DNA of 64,000 bases from Macrostomum lignano. Its lineage: Eukaryota. The stretch lies in NCBI GenBank assembly GCA_002269645.1, contig NIVC01000697.1, positions 124,001 through 188,000 on the forward strand, in the 5' to 3' direction. The position numbers and the translations under genes are program-made. The notes beneath the pieces are model-generated. The model saw only the letters and a program-made list of their open reading frames with translations, had not been told where the DNA came from and made no database searches. This document shows positions 29,833 to 55,182 of the stretch, piece by piece; within the stretch, counting starts at the first letter, position 1, and every line of letters starts with the position of its first letter.

Positions 29833-30670
29833 GCTGTCCATGCCTCAGTCACAGGCAACAAGTGCCGGAGACAGAAGTTTGAAACCCGAGACGGACTCCA
29901 GAAACCGAGTTTGTCCAGTTTCCAAGCAGGCCAGCGTAGAGCTCCGCCCAAATCTTCTCAGTGAATATGAAGGCCGTCTTTTTTGTATCCGTGGGAAGCG
30001 GCGACTGCTGCTGGCTCTCGTGTTTTATTTGCTGCTGGTCAGCTCGAAGTCGGCCGTGCCGCAATTTGACGGCACCTCTCGCCTAATAAAGAGTGGGCGT
30101 GGCGCACTTTTCTATGCCAATAGCTGGTGGGTGTCCGCATTAGCGAGGTCGCTGAAGTATTTGGAGCCAATGCTTATTCCAGATCCACGGCGAAAGAAGC
30201 AAGAAGCAGCAAACTAGCAAGAAGGAAAAGAACATAGTCTCACAATTTCTCATCTCCCCACCCAGCCTCCGCTTCGGAGCTCGAAGATTCCGGACTCTGT
30301 GCCCAGGAGCAGACGATGGAGCGAATGCCCTTCCAGCACTCGCGAGAGCAACTGGGCGAGATAATTGTCAAAAGACTGGCAGAATTGGAAAGGCACCGCA
30401 ACTGGAGCTAATCAGAGCTTTCCTCTTCTCTACCGTAGTCGATCTCTCATGCCTGTTGCGAACTGATTCGATCAAGGAGTAAGAAAGTATGCTCAGAAAT
30501 TCTACTATAGCTCTCGAAAAAGTCTGCTTTGCTGCTTAGATATAACACTGCCGCTTGGGTGATGGAGGAGCCGGCGCGACATGCGTGCAGATGAGGAAGA
30601 GAGGCAGCAGCATGCAGCTCGATTGCCGTGTTCGGGTCACTTGGCTCTAAGTATAACATTATTTGATTTA

Positions 30671-30941
<271 letters not shown>

Positions 30942-32277
30942 TGCATTATTATTCATCTAGATGTGGTATAGCAAAATGCCTTTGTAGGCATTTTGCTTAC
31001 ATCGTCAGCCTGAAGGACCTTTGAGATGAAAGCGTTAAGAGAGCATTTTAGTTTAGTTTTGTGGTGAAGTTACGGGTGCTAAGACTAAGGCGAGATTATT
31101 ATGATTAAAGGCGTGGAGTGAAACCTGTATGTCTTGATGTGCCAACCATTGCGATTGAAGAGGTAAAGTCGCGTTTGACAGACATTGAGAGCTGAAACAC
31201 TTAAGGGCCACGAGAATTTTTATTGCATGCCTTTCAAGCTGATTTAAGAACTCTGTTCTTATCCTAGTTATAAAAAATTATTTTAACAGACACTAAGAAT
31301 TTAGCCTATTTAACCTGCCATAGAGCCATCAATCAAGTCTATCAAGAGTGGATGCCAGAATGTCAATCCCAACAGTCAGGGGTTACTCAAGTGCAAAGAA
31401 TTGAAAAGCCAAGCCAACAAGGCTTTGATGCAATCTATAATGCTGAAATGCCTGTACCACGCTCAGGGACAGAATGTGACAAAATATACTTCAATGTGTG
31501 TAATTGGGGATTTTGTAAATTAGCACGCACGCTCAGCTCGTAGCTATATAGCACTATGTTTCATCCCCATCACGTGACAGATATTATTAGACGTTAAAGT
31601 ACTCGTATAATGTTTTTGAGTCAAAAAATTTCTACTTTGGTATAGCTGATGGTATACTGTACTCGTATAGGTCTGCATATATACCGTAGGTTTGTGATTT
31701 TATAAATTTATTATATATATGTATATTAGCTATATAAAATATGAGTTTGATGGTGTGACTGATTTTTTGTGACAAATGATCCAACCCTACTAGCTGACTT
31801 CCTCAATGAGTCCCATCATACGAGTATATAGCACTTCCTTACTAAACTTTTTTAGCGTCAACGGGCTAGAATGACAAGTGAATCTCAGGCGACATGAAAA
31901 AGCAAGCCACTTGGTCTGGACTTCCTATCAATCAGGAGTTTTGGCTTCCTGTGCTTTATATTAGTATGTAGGCACCGAGAAAGTCTGTGTCACGATAAAA
32001 AATCTCCGGCTAATATTCATTCAGCAGATTGAGCAAACTAAATTGAAATACTCAGCATACCGTGTGTCCAACTCCCTCTCTCTAGCTGTTATCAAGATAA
32101 TGGGGGTGGCCCAGTTCATATCAGCGCATGTTCTCGCTTCCTATCGATCTCTCCTAAGTTCACCATTGTTAGTGGCTTTTTGCGTGCATAATCCATTACC
32201 AATTTTATTTAGCTAATGCTTACATTTGACATTGCTTATACATGTACTGTAATAGTATGTAGGCTGCCTCAGATATA

Positions 32278-33577
32278 CGAGGGGAAGTCAAAAAGTAATG
32301 ATAATTTTGCTCTCACGCCTAAAATATCAGAGTTATTGAACTGCAACTGGTTTCATTTGAAAAAACATCTTTTAATCTTTATTTGACAGAGTTTTGGTTC
32401 TTCTAAAGTGATTGATGCCTGCATGGTGACACTCTAATCACAGTATACCCTTTCAGCAATGGAAAATTCAAAAATCGAAGCTCATACTAACGTGACGTTT
32501 CTTGTATAGCTTGGTTGGAAGCCAGCCGAAATCATTGACGCTTTGAAGAAGGTCTATGGGGACACTGCTCCACCAGATCCAACCATTTATTGCTGGATTC
32601 AGGCTTTTAAGGAAGGCCGAGAGTCTACGGAAGACGCCCAGCGGTCGGGAAGGCCCACAACATCGCGCACAGGGGAAAGTGTGGCAGCTGTGCAGCCAGT
32701 GATTGAGCTGGATCGGTGCGTGACCATAGACAATATTGCTGACAAAGTGGGCATTGCTCATGGCAGTGCTCACTCCATTGTGACGGACTGTCTTGGTCTG
32801 AGCAAGCTGAGTGCCCGCTGGGTCCCGAGGCTGTTGCGGCCTGAACACTGGGTTCAGCACACTGAGTGTGCCATCAACCTGCTGAACTGCTTGGACGCTA
32901 GTTCAGAAAACAGTTACCAGCGCTTAGTGACCGAGGATGAAACATGGATATTTCAGTACAATCCCGAGTCCAAGGTCCAATCCAAGGACTGGCTGCCACG
33001 AGGTTCAGCAGGCCCCAAGAAGTTCCATGCGGAACAGTCTGCAGCGAAGGTCTTGGCGACGATTCTCTGGGATGTTGAGGGAGTGGTGATGGTGGACTTC
33101 TTGGAAAGCCAGAAGACCATCAATGCCACCTATTATGCGTCGCTTCTGCAAAAGCTCCACTCCGAACTGGCCAAAAAGCAACCTGGCAAGCTGCACCTTG
33201 GGATTCTCTTTCACCACGACAATGCACCAGCCCACACTTCTCGGCTCTGCCATGAAGCCCTGCAAGATTTCCGCTGGGAAATCCTCCAGCATCCTCCATA
33301 TAGCCCTGGTTTGGCTCCTTCGGACTTTTTTTGCTTCCCAAGCTGAAGGAAGCAATCAAAAGGAGACCAAAATGAGGACAAAGAGGCTGCCAAAAAGGCT
33401 ACTGTACAGTGGCTTGTTGCACAGCCACCTGAGTTCTATGTGAACGGCCTGGAGAGATGGCGACACCGCATGGAGAAGCGTCTGACCCTGGAGGGGGACT
33501 ATGTAGAAAATTAGATTTCCATTTGAAGTTTGACACTCGTGACAACAAAATTATCATTACTTTTTGACTTCCCCTCG
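32278..33577 (+). mobile_element. Full-length mariner transposon (irritans/Hsmar2-like), 1300 bp
   Basis: Perfect 32-bp TIRs cgaggggaagtcaaaaagtaatgataattttg; TA TSD at 32276-77 and 33578-79. Confidence 0.97.
32459..33514 (+). pseudogene. Mariner D,D34D transposase pseudogene
   Basis: Motifs WVPRLL, VTEDETW, HHDNAPAH and YSPGLAPSD, with 34 residues between the last two Asp. In-frame TAG at 32507 and frameshift(s) near 33325-33365. Confidence 0.93.
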
Positions 33578-34169
33578 TATAATTTGTACTACATCCGCAG
33601 AATAAATTTAAATTAACCCAAAAGGTAGACATTATAGCTTACATAGAATTCTCTGTGTTTGGACGTATTCAAAATCAACCCCATACTACTTAATTTTCTT
33701 CACTCAGTAGGCTGCTACGAAAAGTAAACAATGCGTTGTTTCTTTATTGTCAGAGTAATTATTTGTGTTTTGGTTTATGAATACATGTAGTTGAATATGG
33801 TAGTAAACAGAGAATTAAAAACAAAAACATAGTTTTTAACCAGGAGCTTAATACAATATTTTCGACTTTTTCTATTAGAACTGATTCAAGACTAGTCAGC
33901 TTATTTCTGTAATTGGGTTTATGAAGCAAACGCAACACGAAAATTCAAAATGTACGACTTTTAAATAAAGATATTATAACAAGCAACTCCAACTGATTAG
34001 CCTTGGTAAAGTAATTACAATGTTTATACTTAGTTTATATACAGTCTGAGCAATTTGAGCAATAGGGCCCGTAAACTTGTTTCCTAGCCAGCTCCATCTT
34101 GAATATGATATCAAAAAGTTTCATAGAATCTTTTTTCTCTGTCGCATGATCACACACACTCGACTAGGC

Positions 34170-34265
34170 GGCAGACCGTCAATTAACTTGAATTATTAGT
34201 ATGTTAATTGAGGTCGAAGTTTCCGTCTAAATGTTGTGCCTGTGTATTTTAATTACACATCTAAC
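34170..34265 (+). repeat. 96-bp segment duplicated at 35151-35246
   Basis: The two copies differ by one G>A. Confidence 0.95.
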
Positions 34266-34974
34266 GTTTGCTATTTTACCACACAGAAAGTCAATTCCCT
34301 TTCGTTTTTATACTCTACTCATTTAGCCATTGATACATTTACTTTTTAGACGCTCATATGCTATACTTTACTATCCTATCCGACCTAGTCCCACTATTGA
34401 CATTAACGTCCTTTCCTTAATCATTTTAGCATTTCAGCAACTAAATAAAAAAGATAAGACAGGTGCACTAGCTTAAAATATGTATAAATATAATTTAGAT
34501 TCTAGATGTAAATAGGCCTAGATTAATCAATTATAAAAATATATGAAACTTAATTAAGTTGCATCTTGATTCTAGCTTCAAAAATAAGATGCCAATTCCT
34601 ATTGCAGTGCATGGTTTAAGTGTGCCAGATGCCTACACTAAATGTGCCACAAAGGGATGACATCATTTGGCATGCTAAGCCCTAGCCTTATCTCTCTTTG
34701 TTTTTGCTTAGAGTACTATTGTGCCATATTGTGCCATGGCTCTTTATACAATGCCATGACTGAGTTTATGCCACTATGCATTACAATTAGTATGCCAATT
34801 TGGTTCTCATGTTCAAAGTCAGGATATCAAAATTAAATTTGATATGTTCTAAAATAATTATACTATTACTAGTATTAGACTAATCCTAATGATTAGGCCT
34901 ATCAAAACCATTATATATAATATAAGTTTTGATTTATATGTAGAGATGACAATGTGTTAAAAACCTAACTTAGA

Positions 34975-35435
34975 TAATTAATAATAATAATAATGGATTA
35001 TACTAGCCTTAATAGCCAGATATACAACCAATAACTGAGCTCTAGTTATTGTACAATACATTTGAAGGTTGAATATGGCTATTTAATCTAAAAACTAGGG
35101 GGTTGCTACACATACCCTCAATTACCTTGTAGCTAATGATAGAACTCAATGGCAGACCGTCAATTAACTTGAATTATTAGTATGTTAATTGAGGTCGAAG
35201 TTTCCGTCTAAATGTTGTACCTGTGTATTTTAATTACACATCTAACTAGGGGGTTGTTACACATACCACATTACCTTGTAGCTAATGATAGAACTCATTT
35301 TATAGCTAAGTGAACTGAAGCAATACAAAGTTAAATGATTTATTCAAGAATCCAAATTGTTCCAAATGAGTAAAAAATTAAACTATTGACCTTTCAAGTA
35401 TGAGTCTAATACTTTAACCATTAGGCTACAACCCT
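34975..35435 (-). mobile_element. Heavily GC>AT-mutated near-full-length copy of the CORE-type SINE, with an internal duplication and a 96-bp insert
   Basis: Gapless alignment of 35046-35126 to the family copies at 15000, 46110 and 56020; (taa)n tail at about 34975; head remnant ...accattaggctacaaccc at about 35430. Confidence 0.85.
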
Positions 35436-35904
35436 TTATGAATAAACTCAACCTAACCTTTGTGGCAACCCAAGTGATTAATTATCTTTGCCTTTATTAG
35501 GTAGACAACAAAAAAAGATTGAATTTTTCAATAAACTATAAAGCTTATTGCTTTATATAGTGATTATATCTTACTTCTTAAGGAAAATATTATTAGAAAA
35601 ATATCTGCTTTAAAAGCTAGGTCCTAGGCTCTATTAAGCCTAAGATGTCAATATCCTTTAAGCTTTGGTATCAAAGTCTCCATTTAACCATGGCTTAACC
35701 CTTTCTTATTCTCACTTTGATACTTGGCCTATCAAAAACTTTCAATTGACCCTTGGAATATCAAAAATTCTCTTTACAAGCCAAAGAATTTCAACAATCC
35801 TATGAGACTAAGATGCTTACTAAGAAACACTAGACATTGAATGAATGCAATGAAATGATGCCAAAACTATTTGACAATAGAATTACCAAAGGGATTCCTA
35901 ATTT

Positions 35905-36720
35905 CCCTCTTCCCAGATTTTTTTGCTACACTGAAATGAAGCAATGCAGGCACAAAATTCAAGAACATGGGCTAACTTTGTTATACACCTTAACAATAAT
36001 CAAGTTGCTAGTCTTTTGGACCATCAAGATATTTGACTATTCTGCAATCTGCCAGAAGGTTGTATTTTTCCATAAACGCCAATGCCAATCAGCACTGTGC
36101 CTCAGTGCAGCCTTGCCAAGCATCTAGATTTCATTAGCACATCAACCATATATGTCTGCATCAGCTCTGACTTCCTGGCCTTCATCTAGATGGAGTTTTT
36201 GGACTTTCAACAGGTGGCACTAAGTGACTATAGACATGCTAAACTGAAAATTTATTGAGTTTCACTGATCAAGATGGTGGAATGTTTGAAAGACTAGCTG
36301 AGGATGTCCAGCAATTGAGGTTTGCCCCCATCATTGAAGCTTGATAAGAAATATCTGACATATTATTGAAGCTTGATAAGAAATATCTGACATATTGAAG
36401 CTTGATAAAAAGTATCTGACATATCATTGAAGCTTGATAAGACATATCTGACATATTTGCAACCAATCAATGTGCTGATGAAATTTGGAGCCTTGGCAAG
36501 GCTGCACTGAGGTGCATTGCTGATTTGCGCTGTATTTAATACATTAGCGCTTATGGGAAAAATCCAATCTTCTGGCACAATAGTCGAATATCTCGATGGT
36601 CCGGAGGGCTGGTGACTTGATTCTTGTTTGAGAAGGTGCGCAACAAAAAGTTAGCCGCAGTTCTTGAAGTTCATGTGTCTACGTTGCTCCATTCTGGCGC
36701 AGCAAAAAATTGTTGGGAAG
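35905..36720. mobile_element. Foldback-like element with about 240-bp diverged inverted arms
   Basis: The reverse complement of 35905-36141 aligns with 36471-36720 (e.g. cttggcaaggctgcactgagg; tagtc.aatatct.gatggtcc). The spacer contains a short ~30-bp tandem (tgaagcttgataagaaatatctgacatat). Confidence 0.7.
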
Positions 36721-37391
36721 GGATCCCCCCCCCCTTGGTAGTGTGATAGGCGGAAAAATTGGTATTCCTACTGCTAATCACTATAGTCAAGCTTTCTATC
36801 CCTTCTATGTTAATTTATTGCAAAAGTCCCTGCCAATAGTGCCAATAGAAATAACTAAGTTTCCACTATACATAGCATACATGCGCAACACCCAGCCAAG
36901 CCAGAGGGCCCAGCCAAGGTAAGTCACAAAAATGCCCACCCAAAAATCTGCATGTAGTAATTATTAGATGGCCAAGTATTTGGCCTCAATAATACAGTCA
37001 TAGTTACTCCCTGTTTACCCAAAATTATGTTTATTTTCTTAGGTTTTTTTCATAGGTAAGTCGCATTTTTTAGTTAAAAAAAGTAAGCCACACCGCCCAT
37101 GTAATATAACTTTTTGTATATATAAATAGCTTGTATATATTCTATTAGCTTCAGCTAATAATTCCAATTTTAGAATTTTTCCTTACAACATATTTTATAT
37201 CCTTTTAAAGCCTAATATTGACCTTATTTTTCTTCATAGGTTTTCAATGAAAACACTATATGCTTAACAATTCTGATCGATTGTTATAGTAAATGGTTGT
37301 GTTTACCTTGAATTCAGGTGCCAAATTGGGCAAAATGTTAGGAATAACCAATTTTGTATCTGCTCTATCTCACACTGTATCTCATGGCGGC

Positions 37392-49755
<12,364 letters not shown>

Positions 49756-50077
49756 TTGATTCTCCTGATCATTTTATAGCTCTAGTTTTACTACGCCCGC
49801 CCCGCATTCCGCACTAATCACTCTGATGATGATTAACGCGCTCAGGGTTTGAATTTGTTGCTCTATTTTTATCATTTAACAATCCCCACTGATGGTTGAT
49901 GATTCCCGCCTGTACGCTTTGTTGGCTAACCATATCATTATTCATCTAAGAAGTCGCTGCTCTTACTGATGGCTGATTGCCTAATTTTAATCCGTCTATT
50001 GAGGTTCAATCGGTTTATTAGGTTGTTGCCTTCAGCTAACATTCAATATTCACTACTATGTGTCTGGTGTTGTTTTC

Positions 50078-50732
50078 TTTGACTGATTGACATTTGTGCG
50101 TCAAATCTGATTGATTGATTGATTGGCATTTGTTTGTCAAATCTGATTGATTGATTGATTGGCATTTGTTTGTCAATTCTGATTGATTGATTGGAATTTG
50201 TGCGTCAATTCTGATTGATTGATTGGAATTTGTGCGTCAATTCTGATTGATTGATTGGCATTTGTGCGTCAAATCTGATTGATTGATTGATTGGCATTTG
50301 TGCGTCAAATCTGATTGATTGATTGATTGGCATTTGTGCGTCAATTCTGATTGATTGATTGGCATTTGTGCGTCAATTCTGATTGATTGATTGGCATTTG
50401 TGCGTCAATTCTGATTGATTGATTGGCATTTGTGCGTCAATTCTGATTGATTGATTGGCATTTGTGCGTCAATTCTGATTGATTGATTGGCATTTGTGCG
50501 TCAATTCTGATTGATTGATTGGCATTTGTGCGTCAATTCTGATTGATTGATTGGCATTTGTGCGTCAATTCTGATTGATTGATTGGCATTTGTGCGTCAA
50601 TTCTGATTGATTGATTGGCATTTGTTTGTCAAATCTGATTGATTGATTGATTGGCATTTGTGCGTCAAATTTTATTGATTGTTGGTTGATTGAACTTCGT
50701 GCGTAAATGTTAATTGATTGATTGATTGATTG
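50078..50732. repeat. 32-bp minisatellite (tgcgtcaattctgattgattgattggcatttg)
   Basis: tgcgtcaa at 50401 and 50433. Confidence 0.95.
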
Positions 50733-51134
50733 ACATGTCGTGTTTGAAAAAATCTTTTCGCTTGCTGCATCAGGTGCCAGTCTATCAGCCAGCGCTGAGT
50801 ATTTTCGGGTGTTTCGCTTCGTCCTTAGCCAGTTAACCAGTGCCGCTGCTAGTCTCTGCTGCAATTAATCACCCCGCTCAACAGTCCAATAGCTATTGAT
50901 ATATTATCTGGTTTCCTGTGCTTATATTCAAGTCTAATTGGCTATTTTTATATTTTGTTATGCGCGAATATGCGTGTATTCAGATCTGTATGTACGAGCG
51001 TACTTGTGTATAAATACGGCGGAATTATGATATTTATTGTTCATTGTCACAGGATGCGAATCTTTCTGTTTTATATAATTTGCTGCAGTTTGTGTTCAAA
51101 TTAGTCATTGTTCATGCTGATGGTCGATCTGATT

Positions 51135-51180
51135 TCTGTTTGTCTGTGTCTGTCTGTCTGTCTCTCTGTCTGTCTGTGTC

Positions 51181-51241
<61 letters not shown>

Positions 51242-51332
51242 GTGTCTGTCTGTCTGTCTTTTTGTCTGTCTGTCTGTCTGTCTATCTGTCTCTGCCTGTC
51301 TGTCTATCTGTCTGTCTGTCTGTCTGTCTGTC

Positions 51333-51379
<47 letters not shown>

Positions 51380-52518
51380 GTCTCTGTCTGTCTATCTGTC
51401 TCTGTCTGTTCTGTCTGTCTGTCTGTCTGTCTCTGTGTCTGTCTGTCTGTCTTTTTGTCTGTCTGTCTGTCTGTCTATCTGTCTCTGTCTGTCTGTCTAT
51501 CTGTCTGTCTGTCTGTCTCTGTCTGTCTGTCTATCTGTCTGTCTGTCTGTCTCTGTCTGTCTGTTTATCTATCTGTCTGTCTGTCTGTCTGTCTCTGTCT
51601 CTGTCTGTCTGTCTTAGTGTCTGTCTGTCTGTCTGTCTGTTCTGTCTGTCTGTCTGTCTGTCTCTGTGTCTGTCTGTCTGTCTGTCTGTCTCTGTGTCTG
51701 TCTGTCTGTCTTTTTGTCTGTCTGTCTGTCTGTCTATCTGTCTCTGCCTGTCTGTCTATCTGTCTGTCTGTCTGTCTGTCTGTCTCTGTCTGTCTGTCTA
51801 TCTGTCTGTCTGTCTGTCTATCTGTCTCTGTCTGTTCTGTCTGTCTGTCTGTCTGTCTCTGTGTCTGTCTGTCTGTCTTTTTGTCTGTCTGTCTGTCTGT
51901 CTATCTGTCTCTGTCTGTCTGTCTATCTGTCTGTCTGTCTGTCTCTGTCTGTCTGTCTATCTGTCTGTCTGTCTGTCTCTGTCTGTCTGTTTATCTATCT
52001 GTCTGTCTGTCTGTCTGTCTCTGTCTCTGTCTGTCTGTCTTAGTGTCTGTCTGTCTGTCTGTCTGTTCTGTCTGTCTGTCTGTCTGTCTCTGTGTCTGTC
52101 TGTCTGTCTGTCTGTCTCTGTGTCTGTCTGTCTGTCTTTTTGTCTGTCTGTCTGTCTGTCTATCTGTCTCTGCCTGTCTGTCTATCTGTCTGTCTGTCTG
52201 TCTGTCTGTCTCTGTCTGTCTGTCTATCTGTCTGTCTGTCTGTCTATCTGTCTCTGTCTGTTCTGTCTGTCTGTCTGTCTGTCTCTGTGTCTGTCTGTCT
52301 GTCTTTTTGTCTGTCTGTCTGTCTGTCTATCTGTCTCTGTCTGTCTGTCTATCTGTCTGTCTGTCTGTCTCTGTCTGTCTGTCTATCTGTCTGTCTGTCT
52401 GTCTCTGTCTGTCTGTTTATCTATCTGTCTGTCTGTCTGTCTGTCTCTGTCTCTGTCTGTCTGTCTTAGTGTCTGTCTGTCTGTCTGTCTTTTCTGTCTG
52501 TCTGTCTGTCTGTCTCTG

Positions 52519-52549
<31 letters not shown>

Positions 52550-52576
52550 GTGTCTGTCTGTCTGTCTGTCTGTCTC
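51135..52576. repeat. Imperfect (TCTG)n with 426-bp higher-order duplication
   Basis: ORFs 51666-52043 and 52092-52469 translate identically (offset 426). Confidence 0.95.
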
Positions 52577-52584
52577 TACCTCTA

Positions 52585-53170
52585 TCTGACTGACTGACTG
52601 ACTGACTGACTGACTGACTGACTGACTGACTGACTGACTGACTGACTGACTGACTGACTGACTGACTGACTGACTGACTGACTGACTGACTGACTGACTG
52701 ACTGACTGACTGACTGACTGACTGACTGACTGACTGACTGACTGACTGACTGACTGACTGACTGACTGACTGACTGACTGACTGACTGACTGACTGACTG
52801 ACTGACTGACTGACTGACTGACTGACTGACTGACTGACTGACTGACTGACTGACTGACTGACTGACTGACTGACTGACTGACTGACTGACTGACTGACTG
52901 ACTGACTGACTGACTGACTGACTGACTGACTGACTGACTGACTGACTGACTGACTGACTGACTGACTGACTGACTGACTGACTGACTGACTGACTGACTG
53001 ACTGACTGACTGACTGACTGACTGACTGACTGACTGACTGACTGACTGACTGACTGACTGACTGACTGACTGACTGACTGACTGACTGACTGACTGACTG
53101 ACTGACTGACTGACTGACTGACTGACTGACTGACTGACTGACTGACTGACTGACTGACTGACTGACCGAC
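52585..53170. repeat. (TGAC)n microsatellite
   Basis: Direct reading. Confidence 0.99.
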
Positions 53171-53634
53171 CAGGCAGTAACTAATGCTTCTCTATTTTTT
53201 ATGTTGGTTGGTCAGCAATGCTCGGATAGTGACACGGCCGCCTTACTCACACTCGAACTATCGCAACGCGCCTGCCCGTGCCATGGTCCAGTGCTTGGCA
53301 CTCAAACTCCAAGTACCGCCGGATCCGACCATATATCTTTAACTGTGCAAATAGAAACAGCTTTTGTTAACGTTTGTTATTTCAGATTTAGAGTTTCTGT
53401 TTCTGCGTTTGATTTAATATTTATATGTGATCATTGCAGAGTGAAAATGCTTTGCCGTTTTTAACTTAAATCTTTGCTTGCTTGTCTTTTTTCTGAATGC
53501 ATATGTAGAAGTTGCTGTAGAAGTGTATTGAGATGAGGTAAAGGGTTGGCTTCAATCTCTTTTAAAGAGTTGTGTTGAAGTTCTTCGTTGAAAGGTTTGA
53601 ATTTTTCAGTTAAAGGTCTCTGCTGAAGTGTGGA

Positions 53635-55182
53635 TTTGAAGGTCTTTGTTGAAGGGTGGAGTTGAAGGTCTCTGTTGAAGGGTGGAGTTGAAGGTCTCTG
53701 TTGAAGGGTGGAGTTGAAGGTCTCTGTTGAAGGGTGGAGCTGAAGGTCTTTGTTGAAGGGTGGAGTTGAAGGTCTCTGTTGAAGGGTGGAGCTGAAGGTC
53801 TCTGTTGAAGGGTGGAGTTGAAGGGTGGAGTTGAAGGTCTCTGTTGAAGGGTGGAGCTGAAGGTCTCTGTTGAAGGGTGGAGTTGAAGGTCTCTTGAAGG
53901 GTAGAGTTGAAGGTCTCTGTTGAAGGGTGGAGCTGAAGGTCTCTGTTGAAGGGTGGAGCTGAAGGTCTCTGTTGAAGGGTGGAGCTGAAGGTCTCTGTTG
54001 AAGGGTGGAGTTGAAGGGTGGAGCTGAAGGTCTCTGTTGAAGGGTGGAGTTGAAGGTCTCTGTTGAAGGGTGGAGTTGAAGGTCTCTGTTGAAGGGTGGA
54101 GTTGAAGGTATTTGTTGAAGGGTGGAGTTGAAGGGTGGAGCTGAAGGTCTCTGTTGAAGGGTGGAGCTGAAGGTCTCTGTTGAAGGGTGGAGTTGAAGGT
54201 CTCTGTTGAAGGGTGGAGTTGAAGGTCTCTGTTGAAGGGTGGAGTTGAAGGTATTTGTTGAAGGGTGGAGTTGAAGGTCTCTGTTGAAGGGTGGAGCTGA
54301 AGTTCTCTGTTGAAGGGTGGAGTTGAAGGTCTCTGTTGAAGGGTGGAGCTGAAGTTCTCTGTTGAAGGGTGGAGTTGAAGGTCTCTGTTGAAGGGTGGAG
54401 TTGAAGGTCTCTGTTGAAGGGTGGATTTGAAGGGTGGAGCTGAAGGTCTCTGTTGAAGGGTGGAGTTGAAGGTCTCTGTTGAAGGGTGGAGTTGAAGGTC
54501 TCTGTTGAAGGGTGGAGTTGAAGGTCTCTGTTGAAGGGTGGAGTTGAAGGTCTCTGTTGAAGGGTGGAGCTGAAGTTCTCTGTTGAAGGGTGGAGTTGAA
54601 GGTCTCTGTTGAAGGGTGGAGCTGAAGTTCTCTGTTGAAGGGTGGAGTTGAAGGTCTCTGTTGAAGGGTGGATTTGAAGGGTGGAGCTGAAGGTCTCTGT
54701 TGAAGGGTGGAGTTGAAGGTCTCTGTTGAAGGGTGGAGTTGAAGGTCTCTGTTGAAGGGTGGAGTTGAAGGTCTCTGTTGAAGGGTGGAGTTGAAGGTCT
54801 CTGTTGAAGGGTGGAGCTGAAGGTCTCTGCTGAAGGGTGGAGTTGAAGGTCTCTGCTGAAGGGTGGAGTTGAAGGTCTCTGTTGAAGGGTGGAGCTGAAG
54901 GTCTCTGTTGAAGGGTGGAGTTGAAGGTCTCTGTTGAAGGGTGGAGTTGAAGGTCTCTGTTGAAGGGTGGAGTTGAAGGTCTCTGTTGAAGGGTGGAGCT
55001 GAAGTTCTCTGTTGAAGGGTGGAGTTGAAGGTCTCTGTTGAAGGGTGGATTTGAAGGGTGGAGCTGAAGGTCTCTGCTGAAGGGTGGAGTTGAAGGTCTC
55101 TGTTGAAGGGTGGAGCTGAAGTTCTCTGTTGAAGGGTGGAGTTGAAGGTCTCTGTTGAAGGGTGGAGTTGAAGGTCTCTGTT
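53635..55182. repeat. 26-bp minisatellite (gaagggtggagttgaaggtctctgtt)
   Basis: gaaggg at 53651 and 53677. Confidence 0.98.

Noticed and set aside
35221-35250. Helitron 3' end (tgtgta..tacaca hairpin plus CTAG)
   Set aside because: The CTAG is supplied by the adjacent SINE sequence; the other copy of the 96-bp segment lacks it.
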